The notes: a model not told the origin generated them from the sequence alone. A stretch of DNA of 59,959 nucleotides, filler included, from Nitrospirae bacterium CG2_30_53_67 (GCA_001873285.1; 3 parts of 3 records of this genome joined end to end with filler, not necessarily neighbours in it), one strand, 5' to 3'; counted from the first letter of the whole stretch, positions 1 through 10,269 are shown. Translations and numbers: made by a program.

Positions 1-99
1 GTCATGGGGGAGCGGCATCTCAGGATCACCATCGGTCTGCCCCGGGAAAATCAGAGGCTGGCCGGGGCGCTGGAGAAGGTGATTGGGGGAAGAATATAA
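1..99 (+). CDS. hisC: 3' end of histidinol-phosphate aminotransferase (partial)
   Basis: Frame 1 reads VMGERHLRITIGLPRENQRLAGALEKVIGGRI*. LRITIG-x-PxEN is the HisC C-terminal motif, and the position upstream of tyrA-aroA is typical. Confidence 0.7.
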   Translation, partial: VMGERHLRITIGLPRENQRLAGALEKVIGGRI

Positions 100-122
100 A
101 ATAACCATAGGAGGTTTTCAGT

Positions 123-273
123 AAATCCTAAATTCGAAATCCGAAATTCTAAACAATATCTAATGACCAAAATTAAAAGTTCGAAACAGTATAATGGGGA
201 GCAGAATTGTTTAGAATATTTGAATTTTGAAATTCGAATTTGTTTAGGATTTAGATATTAGAATTTAGAATTT
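123..273. repeat. AT-rich imperfect palindrome built from ~7-nt units (AAATTCT/AAATCCG)
   Basis: Arm 123-187 is an imperfect reverse complement of arm 209-273. Confidence 0.75.
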
Positions 274-286
274 AAAAAGAGGAAAC

Positions 287-1147
287 ATGCCCGTTCATTT
301 CAAAAGAGTTGTGATCATCGGCGTCGGCCTGATCGGCGGCTCCCTGGCCCTGGCCGGAAAGAAAAAGGGGTTGTTCGGCGAAGTCATCGGGGTGGGGAGG
401 AACAAGGCCAATCTGGATGCGGCCGTGAACATGGGCGCCGTGGACCGGTATGTCCATGATCCCAAAGAGGTCTGCAAGCATGCGGACCTGATGGTGCTCG
501 CAACACCCGTGGAGAGGATCCTCTCCATCGGACGGGAGACCGCCCCCCTTATGCGAAAAGGGGCCTGCCTCACCGACGTGGGGAGCGTGAAGCAGGCCAT
601 TGTCTCGGGGCTGGATGAGATCCTGCCTGACGGCGTGCATTTTGTGGGAGGACATCCCATTGCCGGGAGCGAGGAGTCAGGCGCTGCGGCGGGCCGCTTC
701 GACCTCTTCGAAGGGGCACGGACCGTGCTGACGCCGACCCGTTCCACAGACCCGGAGGCGCTGAGAAAAATCCGGTCCCTGTGGGAGGGGGTCGGTTCCA
801 TGGTGGTGGAGATGGACGCCTCCGAGCATGATGTCATCCTCGCGGCTGTAAGCCATCTCCCCCATATGGCGGCCTATGCCTTGGTCAACACCCTCTCCGG
901 TATGAAGGATCGTCATCCGAGCATTCCGTCATTTGCCGCCGGGGGATTCAAGGATATCACCCGGATCGCCGGGAGCCACCCGGAGATGTGGAAGGAGATC
1001 TGCAGGATGAACAAGAAGAACATCCTGAAGATGATCGGAGACTATACCCGGGCGTTGAACAGCATTCAGGTGAAGATTGAGCAGGATCGTTTTGAGGAGC
1101 TGAGCCGCCTCTTTGAGCAAGCCCGAGGATTCAGAAAGGATCTGTGA
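287..1147 (+). CDS. tyrA: prephenate/arogenate dehydrogenase
   Basis: GVGLIGGS Rossmann motif, DVGSVK, GGHPIAGSE, HD...SHLPH, GGFKDITRIA. Confidence 0.95.
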   Translation: MPVHFKRVVIIGVGLIGGSLALAGKKKGLFGEVIGVGRNKANLDAAVNMGAVDRYVHDPKEVCKHADLMVLATPVERILSIGRETAPLMRKGACLTDVGSVKQAIVSGLDEILPDGVHFVGGHPIAGSEESGAAAGRFDLFEGARTVLTPTRSTDPEALRKIRSLWEGVGSMVVEMDASEHDVILAAVSHLPHMAAYALVNTLSGMKDRHPSIPSFAAGGFKDITRIAGSHPEMWKEICRMNKKNILKMIGDYTRALNSIQVKIEQDRFEELSRLFEQARGFRKDL

Positions 1148-2442
1148 GCATGGAACATTTGACGGTTGGAAAATCCCGGGGCATTCGGGGGGAGATCACG
1201 GTCCCCGGCGACAAATCCATCTCCCACAGGGCTGTGATCCTGGGGGCGATTGCCGAAGGGATGACCGAGGTGAGGGGCCTGCTTCGAGGCGAGGACTCCC
1301 TCAATACGCTCAGGGCCTTTCAGAAAATGGGTGTGGAGATCAGAGACAGCGGGGACCGGATCCTCATCCGTGGCGCAGGCCTTCGGGGTCTTAAGGAACC
1401 CATGGAAGTCCTGGACATGGGAAACTCCGGCACAGGGATCCGTCTTCTGTCCGGCCTGCTTGCGGGGCAGGATCTTTTTGCCGTCCTTGCCGGAGACGCC
1501 TCCCTGAGCCGGCGTCCCATGGGACGGGTCACCCGCCCGCTCCGAGAGATGGGGGCAAAGATTCTCGGCAGGGATGACGGATCTCTGGCCCCTCTTGCCA
1601 TCCAGGGCGGTGAGCTTCACGGCATAGACTATGTCTCTCCTGTGGCGAGCGCCCAAGTGAAATCGGCGCTCCTCCTGGCAGGGCTCAACGCCGAAGGACG
1701 GACCTCCGTGACCGAACCCTCCCTTTCACGGGATCATACCGAGAGGATGCTCCGCCGGTTCGGGGTCCAGGTCGAGCAGAGCGGGACGACTGTATCTGTC
1801 AACGGAGTGGAGCGCTTTTCCGGGACCAGGATCAGTGTCCCCTCGGATTTTTCTTCGGCCGCTTTCTTTATTGTGGCGGCGCTGATTGTGGACGGGTCGG
1901 ATCTCCTCATCAGAAATGTGGGGATCAATCCGACCCGGACCGGCCTGCTTGGGATTTTGAAGAGGATGGGCGCCAGGATGGATCTTGAAAACAGGGATGG
2001 CGGCGAGGAACCCGTGGCGGACATCCATGTGCAGACCTCCCATCTTAAGGGGACCAATGTTGCGCCTGAGGAGGTTCCCGCCGCCATAGACGAGTTTCCC
2101 ATCCTCTGCGTGGCCGCGGCCATGGCCTCCGGGACGACACGGATCATCGGCGCCTCTGAGCTTCGCTTCAAGGAGACCGACCGGATCCGGGCCATGGCCG
2201 TCAATCTCCAGATCGTGGGATCGGAGGTGGAAGAGCTTGAGGATGGGTTGCTGATCCTCGGACAGGAGAGCTTGAAAGAGGGGGAATGCAACAGCTTCGG
2301 GGATCATCGGGTGGCCATGGCCATGGCCGTCGCCGGGCTCCGGTCCGAACCCGGGATCACGATTCTGGATACCGGCTGTATCCGCACCTCTTTCCCTGGC
2401 TTTGAGGAGATGTTGAAGCAAGTTGCAAGGGAGGAAAAATGA
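1144..2442 (+). CDS. aroA: 3-phosphoshikimate 1-carboxyvinyltransferase
   Basis: PGDKSISHR, GNSGT, RRPM, SAQVKS, KETDRI, GDHRVAM. Start is GTG 1144 or ATG 1150. Confidence 0.97.
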   Translation: MSMEHLTVGKSRGIRGEITVPGDKSISHRAVILGAIAEGMTEVRGLLRGEDSLNTLRAFQKMGVEIRDSGDRILIRGAGLRGLKEPMEVLDMGNSGTGIRLLSGLLAGQDLFAVLAGDASLSRRPMGRVTRPLREMGAKILGRDDGSLAPLAIQGGELHGIDYVSPVASAQVKSALLLAGLNAEGRTSVTEPSLSRDHTERMLRRFGVQVEQSGTTVSVNGVERFSGTRISVPSDFSSAAFFIVAALIVDGSDLLIRNVGINPTRTGLLGILKRMGARMDLENRDGGEEPVADIHVQTSHLKGTNVAPEEVPAAIDEFPILCVAAAMASGTTRIIGASELRFKETDRIRAMAVNLQIVGSEVEELEDGLLILGQESLKEGECNSFGDHRVAMAMAVAGLRSEPGITILDTGCIRTSFPGFEEMLKQVAREEK

Positions 2443-3128
2443 AGCGCGGGTCTATCGTGACCATTGACGGGCCCTCGGGTGCAGGAAAGAGTACCGTGGC
2501 GAGACAGCTCGCTGAACGATTGGGATACCGATATATCGACACCGGCGCCATGTACCGGGCGATCGGATGGCTGGCCAGAGAAAGGAAGGTCCCATTTCAT
2601 GACGGCTCGGAGCTCCATGCGCTCCTTGAGAGCGCAAGCCTCTCTTTTGAGGAAAAGGATGGGAGTACCCGTATCCTGGTCAACGGCACGGACGTGACCG
2701 GCCTCATCCGGAAACCCGATATGGGAATGGTGGCCTCGGATATCTCAGCCATTGAGCCGGTCAGGAGATGGCTTTCCTCCCTGCAGAGAAAACTCGGCGA
2801 GCAGGGGAATGCCGTTCTCGAAGGGCGGGACATGGGCACCGTGGTCTTTCCGGATGCGGATTATAAATTTTTTCTCACCGCCTCCCTGTATGAGCGTGCA
2901 AGAAGGCGTGCCGAGCAGATCAAAGAAAAAGGAGATGAGGTTGACTTGGATGCCGTGATCAAGGAGGTCTCCCTGCGTGACAGAAACGACTCCACCCGAT
3001 CCCTTTCCCCCCTTCGCAAGGCCGAGGATGCCGTGGAGATCGACACCACGTCCATGACCATCCAGGAGGCCGTTGAGAGGCTGATCATGGAGATCCGGAC
3101 AGGCCGAGGCAAAAACAGGGGATCATAG
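2439..3128 (+). CDS. cmk: cytidylate kinase
   Basis: IDGPSGAGKST, DTGAMYR, EGRDMGTVVFP. Confidence 0.97.
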   Translation: MKRGSIVTIDGPSGAGKSTVARQLAERLGYRYIDTGAMYRAIGWLARERKVPFHDGSELHALLESASLSFEEKDGSTRILVNGTDVTGLIRKPDMGMVASDISAIEPVRRWLSSLQRKLGEQGNAVLEGRDMGTVVFPDADYKFFLTASLYERARRRAEQIKEKGDEVDLDAVIKEVSLRDRNDSTRSLSPLRKAEDAVEIDTTSMTIQEAVERLIMEIRTGRGKNRGS

Positions 3129-3131
3129 ATC

Positions 3132-3980
3132 ATGGAAATCATTATTGCCGGCCATGCCGGGTTCTGTTTCGGTGTAAAGAGAGCGATTTCGACCGCCTAT
3201 GAAACGGTGGACAAGGCCGGGGGGGAGGTCGGCACCATCGGCCCGCTTATCCACAACCCGCAAGTGGTTTCCCGCCTTGAATCCGTGGGCGTACGGCCCA
3301 TAGAGAATATACGGGATTTCCATGGTGAGGCGCTGATCATCCGATCACACGGTGTCTCCCAATCCATGGTAAAAACAGCGGAAGATGCAGGGATTCGTCT
3401 TGTGGATGCCACATGCCCTTTTGTCAAAAAGGCCCAGGAATACGCCCGTCGGCTCAAAGAGGAAGGCTATACCGTGGTGATCGTGGGAGACAAGAACCAC
3501 CCCGAGGTACGGGGAATCCTCTCCTATGCCGGGGAGTCGGCGCTCGTTGCGGCAATCCCTCAAGACCTTGACGTTCTGAACAAGGTGCGAAAGATCGGGA
3601 TCATCGCTCAGACCACCACCACATTTGAAAAGTTTGAACAGGTTGTGAAGCAATGCCTGCATCAAGCGAACGAGATCAAGATCTATAATACCATCTGCGA
3701 CGAGACTCATGTCCGCCAGCAGGAGGCCCAGGGGATTGCGCGGCGGGTGGATGTGATGCTGGTCGCGGGAGGAAGGAACAGCGGGAACACGACACGGCTT
3801 GCCGAACTCTGCCGCCTCACCGGGACCCGGACCTTTCATATCGAGACCCGGGATGAGATCGATCCGGCCTGGTTTCATGGGGCCGGCAAGGTCGGGATCA
3901 CGGCGGGCGCATCCACGCCCGAGTGGATCATTGAGGAGATGATAGAACGGCTGAATCAAATCTCAGGGGAATCCGTATGA
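3132..3980 (+). CDS. ispH: 4-hydroxy-3-methylbut-2-enyl diphosphate reductase
   Basis: AGFCFGVKRA, IHNPQV, DATCPFV, HPEV, TIC, GITAGASTP. Confidence 0.97.
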   Translation: MEIIIAGHAGFCFGVKRAISTAYETVDKAGGEVGTIGPLIHNPQVVSRLESVGVRPIENIRDFHGEALIIRSHGVSQSMVKTAEDAGIRLVDATCPFVKKAQEYARRLKEEGYTVVIVGDKNHPEVRGILSYAGESALVAAIPQDLDVLNKVRKIGIIAQTTTTFEKFEQVVKQCLHQANEIKIYNTICDETHVRQQEAQGIARRVDVMLVAGGRNSGNTTRLAELCRLTGTRTFHIETRDEIDPAWFHGAGKVGITAGASTPEWIIEEMIERLNQISGESV

Positions 3981-4033
3981 AACATGAGACCCGGCGGTCC
4001 ATGCCATCGGAACGGCAGGTAGGATAAAAAGAT

Positions 4034-4103
4034 GATCATCTCCAAAAGAGTGGGTGAAAACAAAAGGGGCCAAGGGTTCTAAGGATTTTAGGGGTCAAGT
4101 GAA
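4034..4103 (+). repeat. left arm of GGGTCAAG-repeat MITE-like family (family 2)
   Basis: GATCATCTCCAAAAGAGTGGGTGAAAAC is identical to the starts at 21802 and 25717. Confidence 0.8.
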
Positions 4104-4137
4104 CCCCGTTAGAGGTTGTCCTCACACTACAAAAATA

Positions 4138-4166
4138 TTGACAAAACCTCTGAAAAATTTTATGGT
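4138..4166 (+). promoter_or_regulatory. sigma70-type promoter upstream of rpsA
   Basis: TTGACA-17 nt-TATGGT. Confidence 0.55.
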
Positions 4167-4279
4167 TGCAAATGAGGGTACATCCGTTGTAAGATACAAT
4201 ATTTCACGGCGATCCTTTTTTCTGCCGTGACGGAAAGGCTTGCCTTTCTGAAAAAAAAATCAGGAGGTTTCAAGGGATT

Positions 4280-6067
4280 ATGAGCGATCATCAGGAAGAG
4301 AAAAATCATTCAACGATTGACAATGGCGTAAAGGAGGATCTCAATCCCGGCGTATCCACCCGGGAGGAAGATGAGTTTACCCCCGATCTGATGGCCAAAA
4401 TGTACGAGGAGACGTTTAAGAACGCCAAGGAAGGATCCGTCATTAAAGGCAGGGTTCTCAAAGTGACCAAGGATCATGTGGTCGTTGATATAGGGTTCAA
4501 GTCCGAGGGATTGGTCCTGAGCGAAGAGTTCATGGCCGATGGAGAGTTCAAGATCAAGGTCGGCGACGAAGTGGACGTCATGATCGAACAGGTGGAGGAC
4601 AGCGAGGGCCAGATCGTTCTTTCCAAGGAGAAGGCGGACCGCCTCCGGGTTTGGGAGAATATTTCCAAGGCTTATGAAGAGACTAGGAGCGTGGAAGGGG
4701 TGGTCCTTTCGAGAATCAAGGGGGGCCTCTCCGTGGATATCGGCATCCGGGCTTTTCTCCCCGGTTCTCAGGTGGATATCCATCCTGTGCGGAACCTGGA
4801 AAAATTCATCGGCAAAAAACTCCAGATGAAAATCATCAAGATGAATCAGAAGCGCGGGAATATCGTCCTCTCCCGAAGGGCGCTCCTTGAGGAAGAACGC
4901 AAGCTGCTCAAGGTGGATACCCTGAAGAACCTGGAGGAGGGGAAGGTCATCAAGGGGATCGTCAAGAACCTGACCGAGTACGGCGCCTTTATCGATTTGG
5001 GAGGAATAGACGGCCTCCTTCATATTACGGATATGTCATGGGGCCGTGTCCACCATCCATCCGAGCTTTTTTCACTCGGTGATGAAGTGGAAGTCGTTGT
5101 TCTCAAGTTCGACAGGGAAAACGAACGGGTTTCCCTCGGCTACAAGCAAAAGTCACGGGACCCCTGGGAATCCGGGGAAAAGAAGTACCCGGTGGGGAGC
5201 CGCGTCAAGGGTAAGGTGGTCAGCCTGACCGATTACGGCGCCTTTGTTGAACTGGAGGAAGGACTGGAGGGCCTGGTTCATGTCTCCGAGATGTCCTGGA
5301 CACAGAAGATTCGAAACCCATCCAAGGTGGTATCCGTGGGTGACATCGTTGAATCCGTGGTTCTCAATATTGATGTCAAGAATAAGCGGATCTCGCTCGG
5401 GATGAAGCAGGCCGAGAGCAATCCGTGGGATATTATCGTGGAAAAGTATCCTGTCGGTGCCAGGATCAACGGCGCCGTGAGGAACCTCACGGATTTTGGA
5501 GCATTCATCGGCCTTGAGGAAGGGATTGACGGGCTGGTCCATATCTCCGATATGTCCTGGACCCGGAGGATCAAACATCCCTCGGAGATCCTGAAGAAAG
5601 GGGAAACCATCGAGGCGGTTGTCCTCCATGTGGACAAGGAAAAGGAACGCCTATCCCTCGGGATCAAACAACTGGTTCCCGATCCATGGACTGACGTTGC
5701 TGAGAAATTCCGGATCGATTCTGTCGTAACCGGCCGGGTGATCAAGATCACTGATTTCGGCGTGTTTGTCGAATTGGAGAACGGAATCGAAGGTCTCATT
5801 CATATCAGTGAAGTGGATCTGGATCCGCATGCCAAGGTCGAAAACATTCTTTCCATCAACACGGACATCAAGGCCGCTGTGGTCAAAATAGACGCCGAGG
5901 AGCGCAAGATCGGCCTTTCCATCAAAAAATATCTTGAAGGTCTTGAATCGGCGGAGCTCAAAGAGTATATGGAGAGCCATGAGGCGATGCGGACGACCAT
6001 GGGGGATCTCATGGGAGGATCTTCAGGAACCGAGCCCTCTTCGGCAACTGAAACCAGTGAAAATTGA
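4280..6067 (+). CDS. rpsA: 30S ribosomal protein S1
   Basis: Six S1 repeats (AFLPGSQVD, YGAFIDLGGIDGLLHITDMSW, GLVHVSEMSW); AGGAGG RBS. Confidence 0.98.
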   Translation: MSDHQEEKNHSTIDNGVKEDLNPGVSTREEDEFTPDLMAKMYEETFKNAKEGSVIKGRVLKVTKDHVVVDIGFKSEGLVLSEEFMADGEFKIKVGDEVDVMIEQVEDSEGQIVLSKEKADRLRVWENISKAYEETRSVEGVVLSRIKGGLSVDIGIRAFLPGSQVDIHPVRNLEKFIGKKLQMKIIKMNQKRGNIVLSRRALLEEERKLLKVDTLKNLEEGKVIKGIVKNLTEYGAFIDLGGIDGLLHITDMSWGRVHHPSELFSLGDEVEVVVLKFDRENERVSLGYKQKSRDPWESGEKKYPVGSRVKGKVVSLTDYGAFVELEEGLEGLVHVSEMSWTQKIRNPSKVVSVGDIVESVVLNIDVKNKRISLGMKQAESNPWDIIVEKYPVGARINGAVRNLTDFGAFIGLEEGIDGLVHISDMSWTRRIKHPSEILKKGETIEAVVLHVDKEKERLSLGIKQLVPDPWTDVAEKFRIDSVVTGRVIKITDFGVFVELENGIEGLIHISEVDLDPHAKVENILSINTDIKAAVVKIDAEERKIGLSIKKYLEGLESAELKEYMESHEAMRTTMGDLMGGSSGTEPSSATETSEN

Positions 6068-6083
6068 CGGATCTTCGAATCCA

Positions 6084-6180
6084 CAAGGAGCGGAACTTGG
6101 ATCCGCCCGCCCTATGATCCTCCCTGCCTGCCGGCAGGGGAGGTCGCTGCGTCGCCATATTTAAGAACAGGACCGCTTAG
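6084..6180. repeat. degenerate partial copy of MITE family 1 with a nested CCTGCCTGCCGGCAGG palindrome
   Basis: CAAGGAGCGGAACTT matches the 49534 copy and CCATATTTAAGAACAGGACCGCTTAG matches the end of the 30280 copy. Confidence 0.6.
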
Positions 6181-6198
6181 GCTGCGAGGAAAACGACC

Positions 6199-7095
6199 AT
6201 GAAAAAGAACGCTGTCATCCGTTTTTTAACTCTGGCCGTCGGGCTTGCTCTCTTTGTTTTCATTACGGTTTTTATCCTTTCCTCAATCCTGGGTAAAAAA
6301 GATCATGGTATGGCCGCGCTCGGACGGGAAAAGATCGCCGTGATCGAGATTCAAGGGATTATTCTTGATTCCAAGGATATCCTTGATCATCTGAAGCTTT
6401 TCAGCGAAGACAGAAACGTCAAGGGGATCATCCTCCGCATTGACAGCCCCGGTGGCGCCGTGGCCCCGTCACAGGAGATTTATTCCGAGATCAGGAAGAT
6501 CCATGAGAAAGGCGAGAAGAAGGTTGTCGCCTCTTTTGGGAACGTGGCCGCATCGGGGGCCTATTACATCGCCTCTGCAACGGACAAGATCGTATCCAAC
6601 CCCGGGACCATCACGGGCAGCATCGGCGTGATTATGGAGATGTCCAATATTCAGGAACTCCTGGACAAGATCGGGGTTGAGAGCTATGTCGTCAAAAGCG
6701 GGAAATACAAGGATATCGGTTCCATCACTCGGCCTATGAGTGAGGAGGAGAGCCAGATCCTGCAGAGCGTGCTTGATGATGTCCATATGCAGTTTATGGA
6801 GGACGTATCCAAAGGACGCGGGATGGCCATGGACAAGATTAAAGAGATCGCAAACGGGAGTATCTTCTCAGGGAGGCAGGCCCTCGGCCTCGGTCTTGTG
6901 GATAAACTGGGCAGTTTTCAGGATGCCGTGGATCTGACCAAGGAACTTACGGGTATTAAAGGGGAGCCCGACCTGATCTACGAGAAAAAGGAAAACCTGA
7001 AATGGCTGGACCTTCTGAAAAAGGGGGCGGTCGGGGATCTGATTCAGAAAAAAATAGGCAAAGTGAGTTCAGGGGCGCTTTATCTCATGCCCTGA
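6199..7095 (+). CDS. sppA: signal peptide peptidase SppA (36K type)
   Basis: N-terminal TM, RIDSPGG, AASGAYY, TGSIGV, KSGKYKD. Confidence 0.93.
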   Translation: MKKNAVIRFLTLAVGLALFVFITVFILSSILGKKDHGMAALGREKIAVIEIQGIILDSKDILDHLKLFSEDRNVKGIILRIDSPGGAVAPSQEIYSEIRKIHEKGEKKVVASFGNVAASGAYYIASATDKIVSNPGTITGSIGVIMEMSNIQELLDKIGVESYVVKSGKYKDIGSITRPMSEEESQILQSVLDDVHMQFMEDVSKGRGMAMDKIKEIANGSIFSGRQALGLGLVDKLGSFQDAVDLTKELTGIKGEPDLIYEKKENLKWLDLLKKGAVGDLIQKKIGKVSSGALYLMP

Positions 7096-7106
7096 TCCGG
7101 CTTGGA

Positions 7107-7520
7107 TCAATTATTTTTCCCCGCTTTCGCAGGTTCTTTGGTCTCGTCTTTGACCGCCGGCTCGGACTCTGAAGAGATGCCGAGTCCATGGATCCTCCCC
7201 TCGTACTCTTCCCTGATGCGGTCCATATCCTGCTGAAGTTTATTCACATCTTCCTGAATCCTGTCAGCCTCTTTGAAGAGATCCTGGATGGTTCCGTCAT
7301 GAAAGACATTGGACTGGCTGTCCTGTGTTCGGAGTGTGTACAACCGATTCCCCATCTTCGCCATGACGCCGTCCATCTCTTTTTTCAAAGTGTTGCTCCT
7401 AAGGTTCATCCGGGTCAGTTTTGTTTTTTCCTCTGCCTTGAGGGTGATCTTGGAGGTTGCGGTCTTGATCCCCTGATAGGCATCATCCATGCCTTTTTTG
7501 ATTTTTTCCCACATATTCAT
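7107..7520 (-). CDS. hypothetical coiled-coil protein
   Basis: ORF with GGAGG RBS before ATG 7520; helical and Lys/Glu-rich. Confidence 0.65.
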   Translation of the reverse strand: MNMWEKIKKGMDDAYQGIKTATSKITLKAEEKTKLTRMNLRSNTLKKEMDGVMAKMGNRLYTLRTQDSQSNVFHDGTIQDLFKEADRIQEDVNKLQQDMDRIREEYEGRIHGLGISSESEPAVKDETKEPAKAGKNN

Positions 7521-7532
7521 CCCTCCTTTTTT

Positions 7533-7657
7533 ATACAGAGCGACATAACTTTGCATACCTTTGTTGCTTCCTCGTCTCGTCGCTGCGGCGTACTATCAGT
7601 ACGCCTCACTCCTCGACTTCGTCGCGCCTCGGTCTGCTTTGTTCTATCCCTCTGTAT
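7533..7657. repeat. palindromic MITE/REP-like element (GCGGCGTAC...GTACGCC core)
   Basis: Ends ATACAGAG / CTCTGTAT are inverted. The core hairpin resembles that of MITE family 1. Confidence 0.55.
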
Positions 7658-7809
7658 GCGAGTTTATTTATTACTCTATGTGTATAGCAATATCATAACC
7701 AAATATATCTCATATTTTCTGTTTTGCAAGTGCGTAAAACACCATCCTTCTTCATGAGCCTGTTTGAGCCCGTTCGGGACAGGGAGAGGCCGGAGGCAGC
7801 AACCCCTGG

Positions 7810-8391
7810 CTACTCTGAGCAGGGGATACAGAGTTTTCTCCCTTTGTCTTCCTTAATCCGGGAGGACATGACTTTTTCGCCGCATTTCTCGCAGCGCAGG
7901 CTCGGATAGATCCGGGCCATGGGCGGAGGCTCGTACTCGATTTCATGGATCCTGAGGATTTGCTCATCGTCCGCGGTTAAAATCTCCTCAACCTTCCGCG
8001 CCTTGAGTTCCCGGACCCGTTTGACCAGGTCAGGGTTTCGCTCACCGGAGAGATACCTTTCCCAGGCCTTTTTGTCCTCGGGGGATTCCCTGGGTGTGTA
8101 ATCCACGGAAATCCTGAGCCCTTTGCCGGCGGATCGGCCGAAAAAAGTATAGACTTGTTTGCCGAAATCCTTGAAGATGAGATTCCCTTTGCCGAAGGTG
8201 CACCCGGTCATGACTTGGATGGCATCCACTGAACAGGAGTCGTTCTCCACAACGGCCACGATCTCTTCATCCGCGGAGCGCTCGCCCAGGGCCTTCAATG
8301 CCGCTTTGGCCGCGCGGTAGCCGTAGGCCAGTCCCGGACAGATGTGCCCATGGAACTCGATCACCTTCCTGAGTGTGTCGTCGTATTCCAT
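7810..8391 (-). CDS. FmdE-family protein with C-terminal zinc finger
   Basis: FHGHICPGLAYG, ENDSCSVDAIQ, GCTFGKGNL, CxxC...CxxC. Confidence 0.9.
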   Translation of the reverse strand: MEYDDTLRKVIEFHGHICPGLAYGYRAAKAALKALGERSADEEIVAVVENDSCSVDAIQVMTGCTFGKGNLIFKDFGKQVYTFFGRSAGKGLRISVDYTPRESPEDKKAWERYLSGERNPDLVKRVRELKARKVEEILTADDEQILRIHEIEYEPPPMARIYPSLRCEKCGEKVMSSRIKEDKGRKLCIPCSE

Positions 8392-8566
8392 ATCCGTTCC
8401 CCTTCAAGGATCAACGTGTTGTCAAAACCTGACCACAGAGAACACAGGGTATTTCTCTCAGCACTCTGTGGTTATCTCTCCCTCCCTCTGGTGTGCCTCG
8501 AGAGGAATACGGTTACTATAACATAGTTATGGGAATCCGGCTATTCTGAATCGGATATTCTCAAGA

Positions 8567-8595
8567 TTGACAGCGGACGGCCGTTTATGTATGGT
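8567..8595 (+). promoter_or_regulatory. sigma70-type promoter of the ABC-2 operon
   Basis: TTGACA-17 nt-TATGGT. Confidence 0.5.
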
Positions 8596-8669
8596 GTAAC
8601 GGGTGAATGGCATGGCGGCTTCCCGGCCGAGGACAGAAACCGGGGGGACTTTTCCAGCAGGGTATTTTA

Positions 8670-9524
8670 ATGGACGAATGGATGATCCGGACGTTTGATC
8701 TTACAAAAAAGTTCGGGAGCTTGACTGCCGTAAACCGGTTGAATCTCTCGATTCATCAGGGGGAGATCTTCGGCCTTCTCGGGCCCAACGGCGCCGGCAA
8801 GACCACCACGATCCGAATGCTGACCACCCTCGCAAAGATTTCAGACGGCCGCGCCTTTGTAAGCGGTATCAACGTGGAGGATCGCCCGCTGGAGGTGAAG
8901 AAGATCATCGGCGTGGTGCCTCAGGGGTTGAACCTCGAGATCGAACTCACGGCAGAGGAGAATCTGGACTTTCACGGCCGGCTTCATAAGATGCCGAAGA
9001 AACAAAGGCGGGATCGGGCCTCGGAGATTCTCGGCTTTGTCGGACTCGATGATAAAAGCAAGGTCCAGGTCGATCATTTTTCAGGGGGGATGAAACGGCG
9101 GCTCCTGATCGCCAGGGCATTGATGCACAGGCCCAGGATCCTGTTCATGGACGAACCTACCGTCGGCCTGGATCCGCAGATCCGGAGAAAGATCTGGGGC
9201 CTGATCCAGGATCTCAAGGACCAGGGGATCACCATCCTGATCACCACGCACTACATCGAAGAGGCCGAGGCCTTATGCCATCGGGTCGGGATCCTGCGGA
9301 AAGGAGAGCTGATAGCCTTGGATTCCCCGAACGGACTCAAGCGGGATCTGGGCGAGTATGCCGTGGAATGCCAGAACCGCAACGGATGCGATGTCCGGTT
9401 TTTCAAGGAGCGCAGGGAGGCCGTGGCCTATGCGGGGAGCTTGAATCAGGACCTGATGATCCGCCAGACCAACCTGGAGGATGTGTTTTTGAATCTGACC
9501 GGAGAGAAGATCCATCATGAATAG
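8670..9524 (+). CDS. ABC-2 type exporter ATP-binding protein (DrrA/NodI-like)
   Basis: GPNGAGKTT, FSGGMKRR, MDEPTVGLDP, TTHY. Confidence 0.92.
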   Translation: MDEWMIRTFDLTKKFGSLTAVNRLNLSIHQGEIFGLLGPNGAGKTTTIRMLTTLAKISDGRAFVSGINVEDRPLEVKKIIGVVPQGLNLEIELTAEENLDFHGRLHKMPKKQRRDRASEILGFVGLDDKSKVQVDHFSGGMKRRLLIARALMHRPRILFMDEPTVGLDPQIRRKIWGLIQDLKDQGITILITTHYIEEAEALCHRVGILRKGELIALDSPNGLKRDLGEYAVECQNRNGCDVRFFKERREAVAYAGSLNQDLMIRQTNLEDVFLNLTGEKIHHE

Positions 9525-10260
9525 CCCCGGATTCTACACGATCTTCTGGAGGGAGATGCTCTCCATCCGGAAGAAATTCTGGAAATTTCTGGCCGGCAGC
9601 CTGGTCATGCCGTCCCTGTATCTCGTGACCTTCGGATGGGGGCTCGGGCGGGGGATCAACGTGCATGGATTAGACTATCTGGTCTTCGTGCTTCCCGGCA
9701 TCATTGCCCTCTCCGCCATGAACAACAGCTTTTCAGGCGTTGCGGTCACATTGAATATCAGCAAGCTTTATTACCGGACCATTGAAGAGATCCTGGTCTC
9801 CCCGGTAAGCCACTGGTCCATCGCCCTCGGACGCGTTCTATCAGGCTGTTTTAAGGGACTCTTCTCCGCCTTGCTCCTGATCCTGATCAGCCTGATGCTC
9901 CACATTCAGATCCGATACAACGCGGCCTTTTTCGGGATCCTTTTTTTAACCTGTTTCATCTTTGCATCTCTCGGCGTTCTGGCCGCCATGCTGGCCAAGT
10001 CGCACGAGGACATGACCAACTTCACTAATTTTGTGATCCTCCCCATGTCTTTTTTATCCGGAACCTTCTTTCCTCCCGAACGTCTTCCGGAACCCTTCGC
10101 GACGCTCATCATGGTCTACCCCCTGACCCACGCCGCGGTGTCCTTGCGCAGCCTGGTGGCAGGAAACGGCGTCCCCTTCATCTCACTTCTTGTGATCCTC
10201 TTTTATGGGGTGGTTTTATTCATCCTGGGCGGCAAAGCGATAAAACGGCTGGAGCTTTGA
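9517..10260 (+). CDS. ABC-2 type exporter permease
   Basis: About six TM segments, FVLPGII, PMSFLSGTFFP, PLTHA. Confidence 0.9.
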   Translation: MNSPGFYTIFWREMLSIRKKFWKFLAGSLVMPSLYLVTFGWGLGRGINVHGLDYLVFVLPGIIALSAMNNSFSGVAVTLNISKLYYRTIEEILVSPVSHWSIALGRVLSGCFKGLFSALLLILISLMLHIQIRYNAAFFGILFLTCFIFASLGVLAAMLAKSHEDMTNFTNFVILPMSFLSGTFFPPERLPEPFATLIMVYPLTHAAVSLRSLVAGNGVPFISLLVILFYGVVLFILGGKAIKRLEL

Positions 10261-10269
10261 ACCGATGCA

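Noticed and set aside
8531..8660. Possible cobalamin riboswitch (GGGAATCCGG) before the ABC genes
   Set aside because: The other conserved elements, including the B12 box, are not present, and the motif lies upstream of the predicted promoter.
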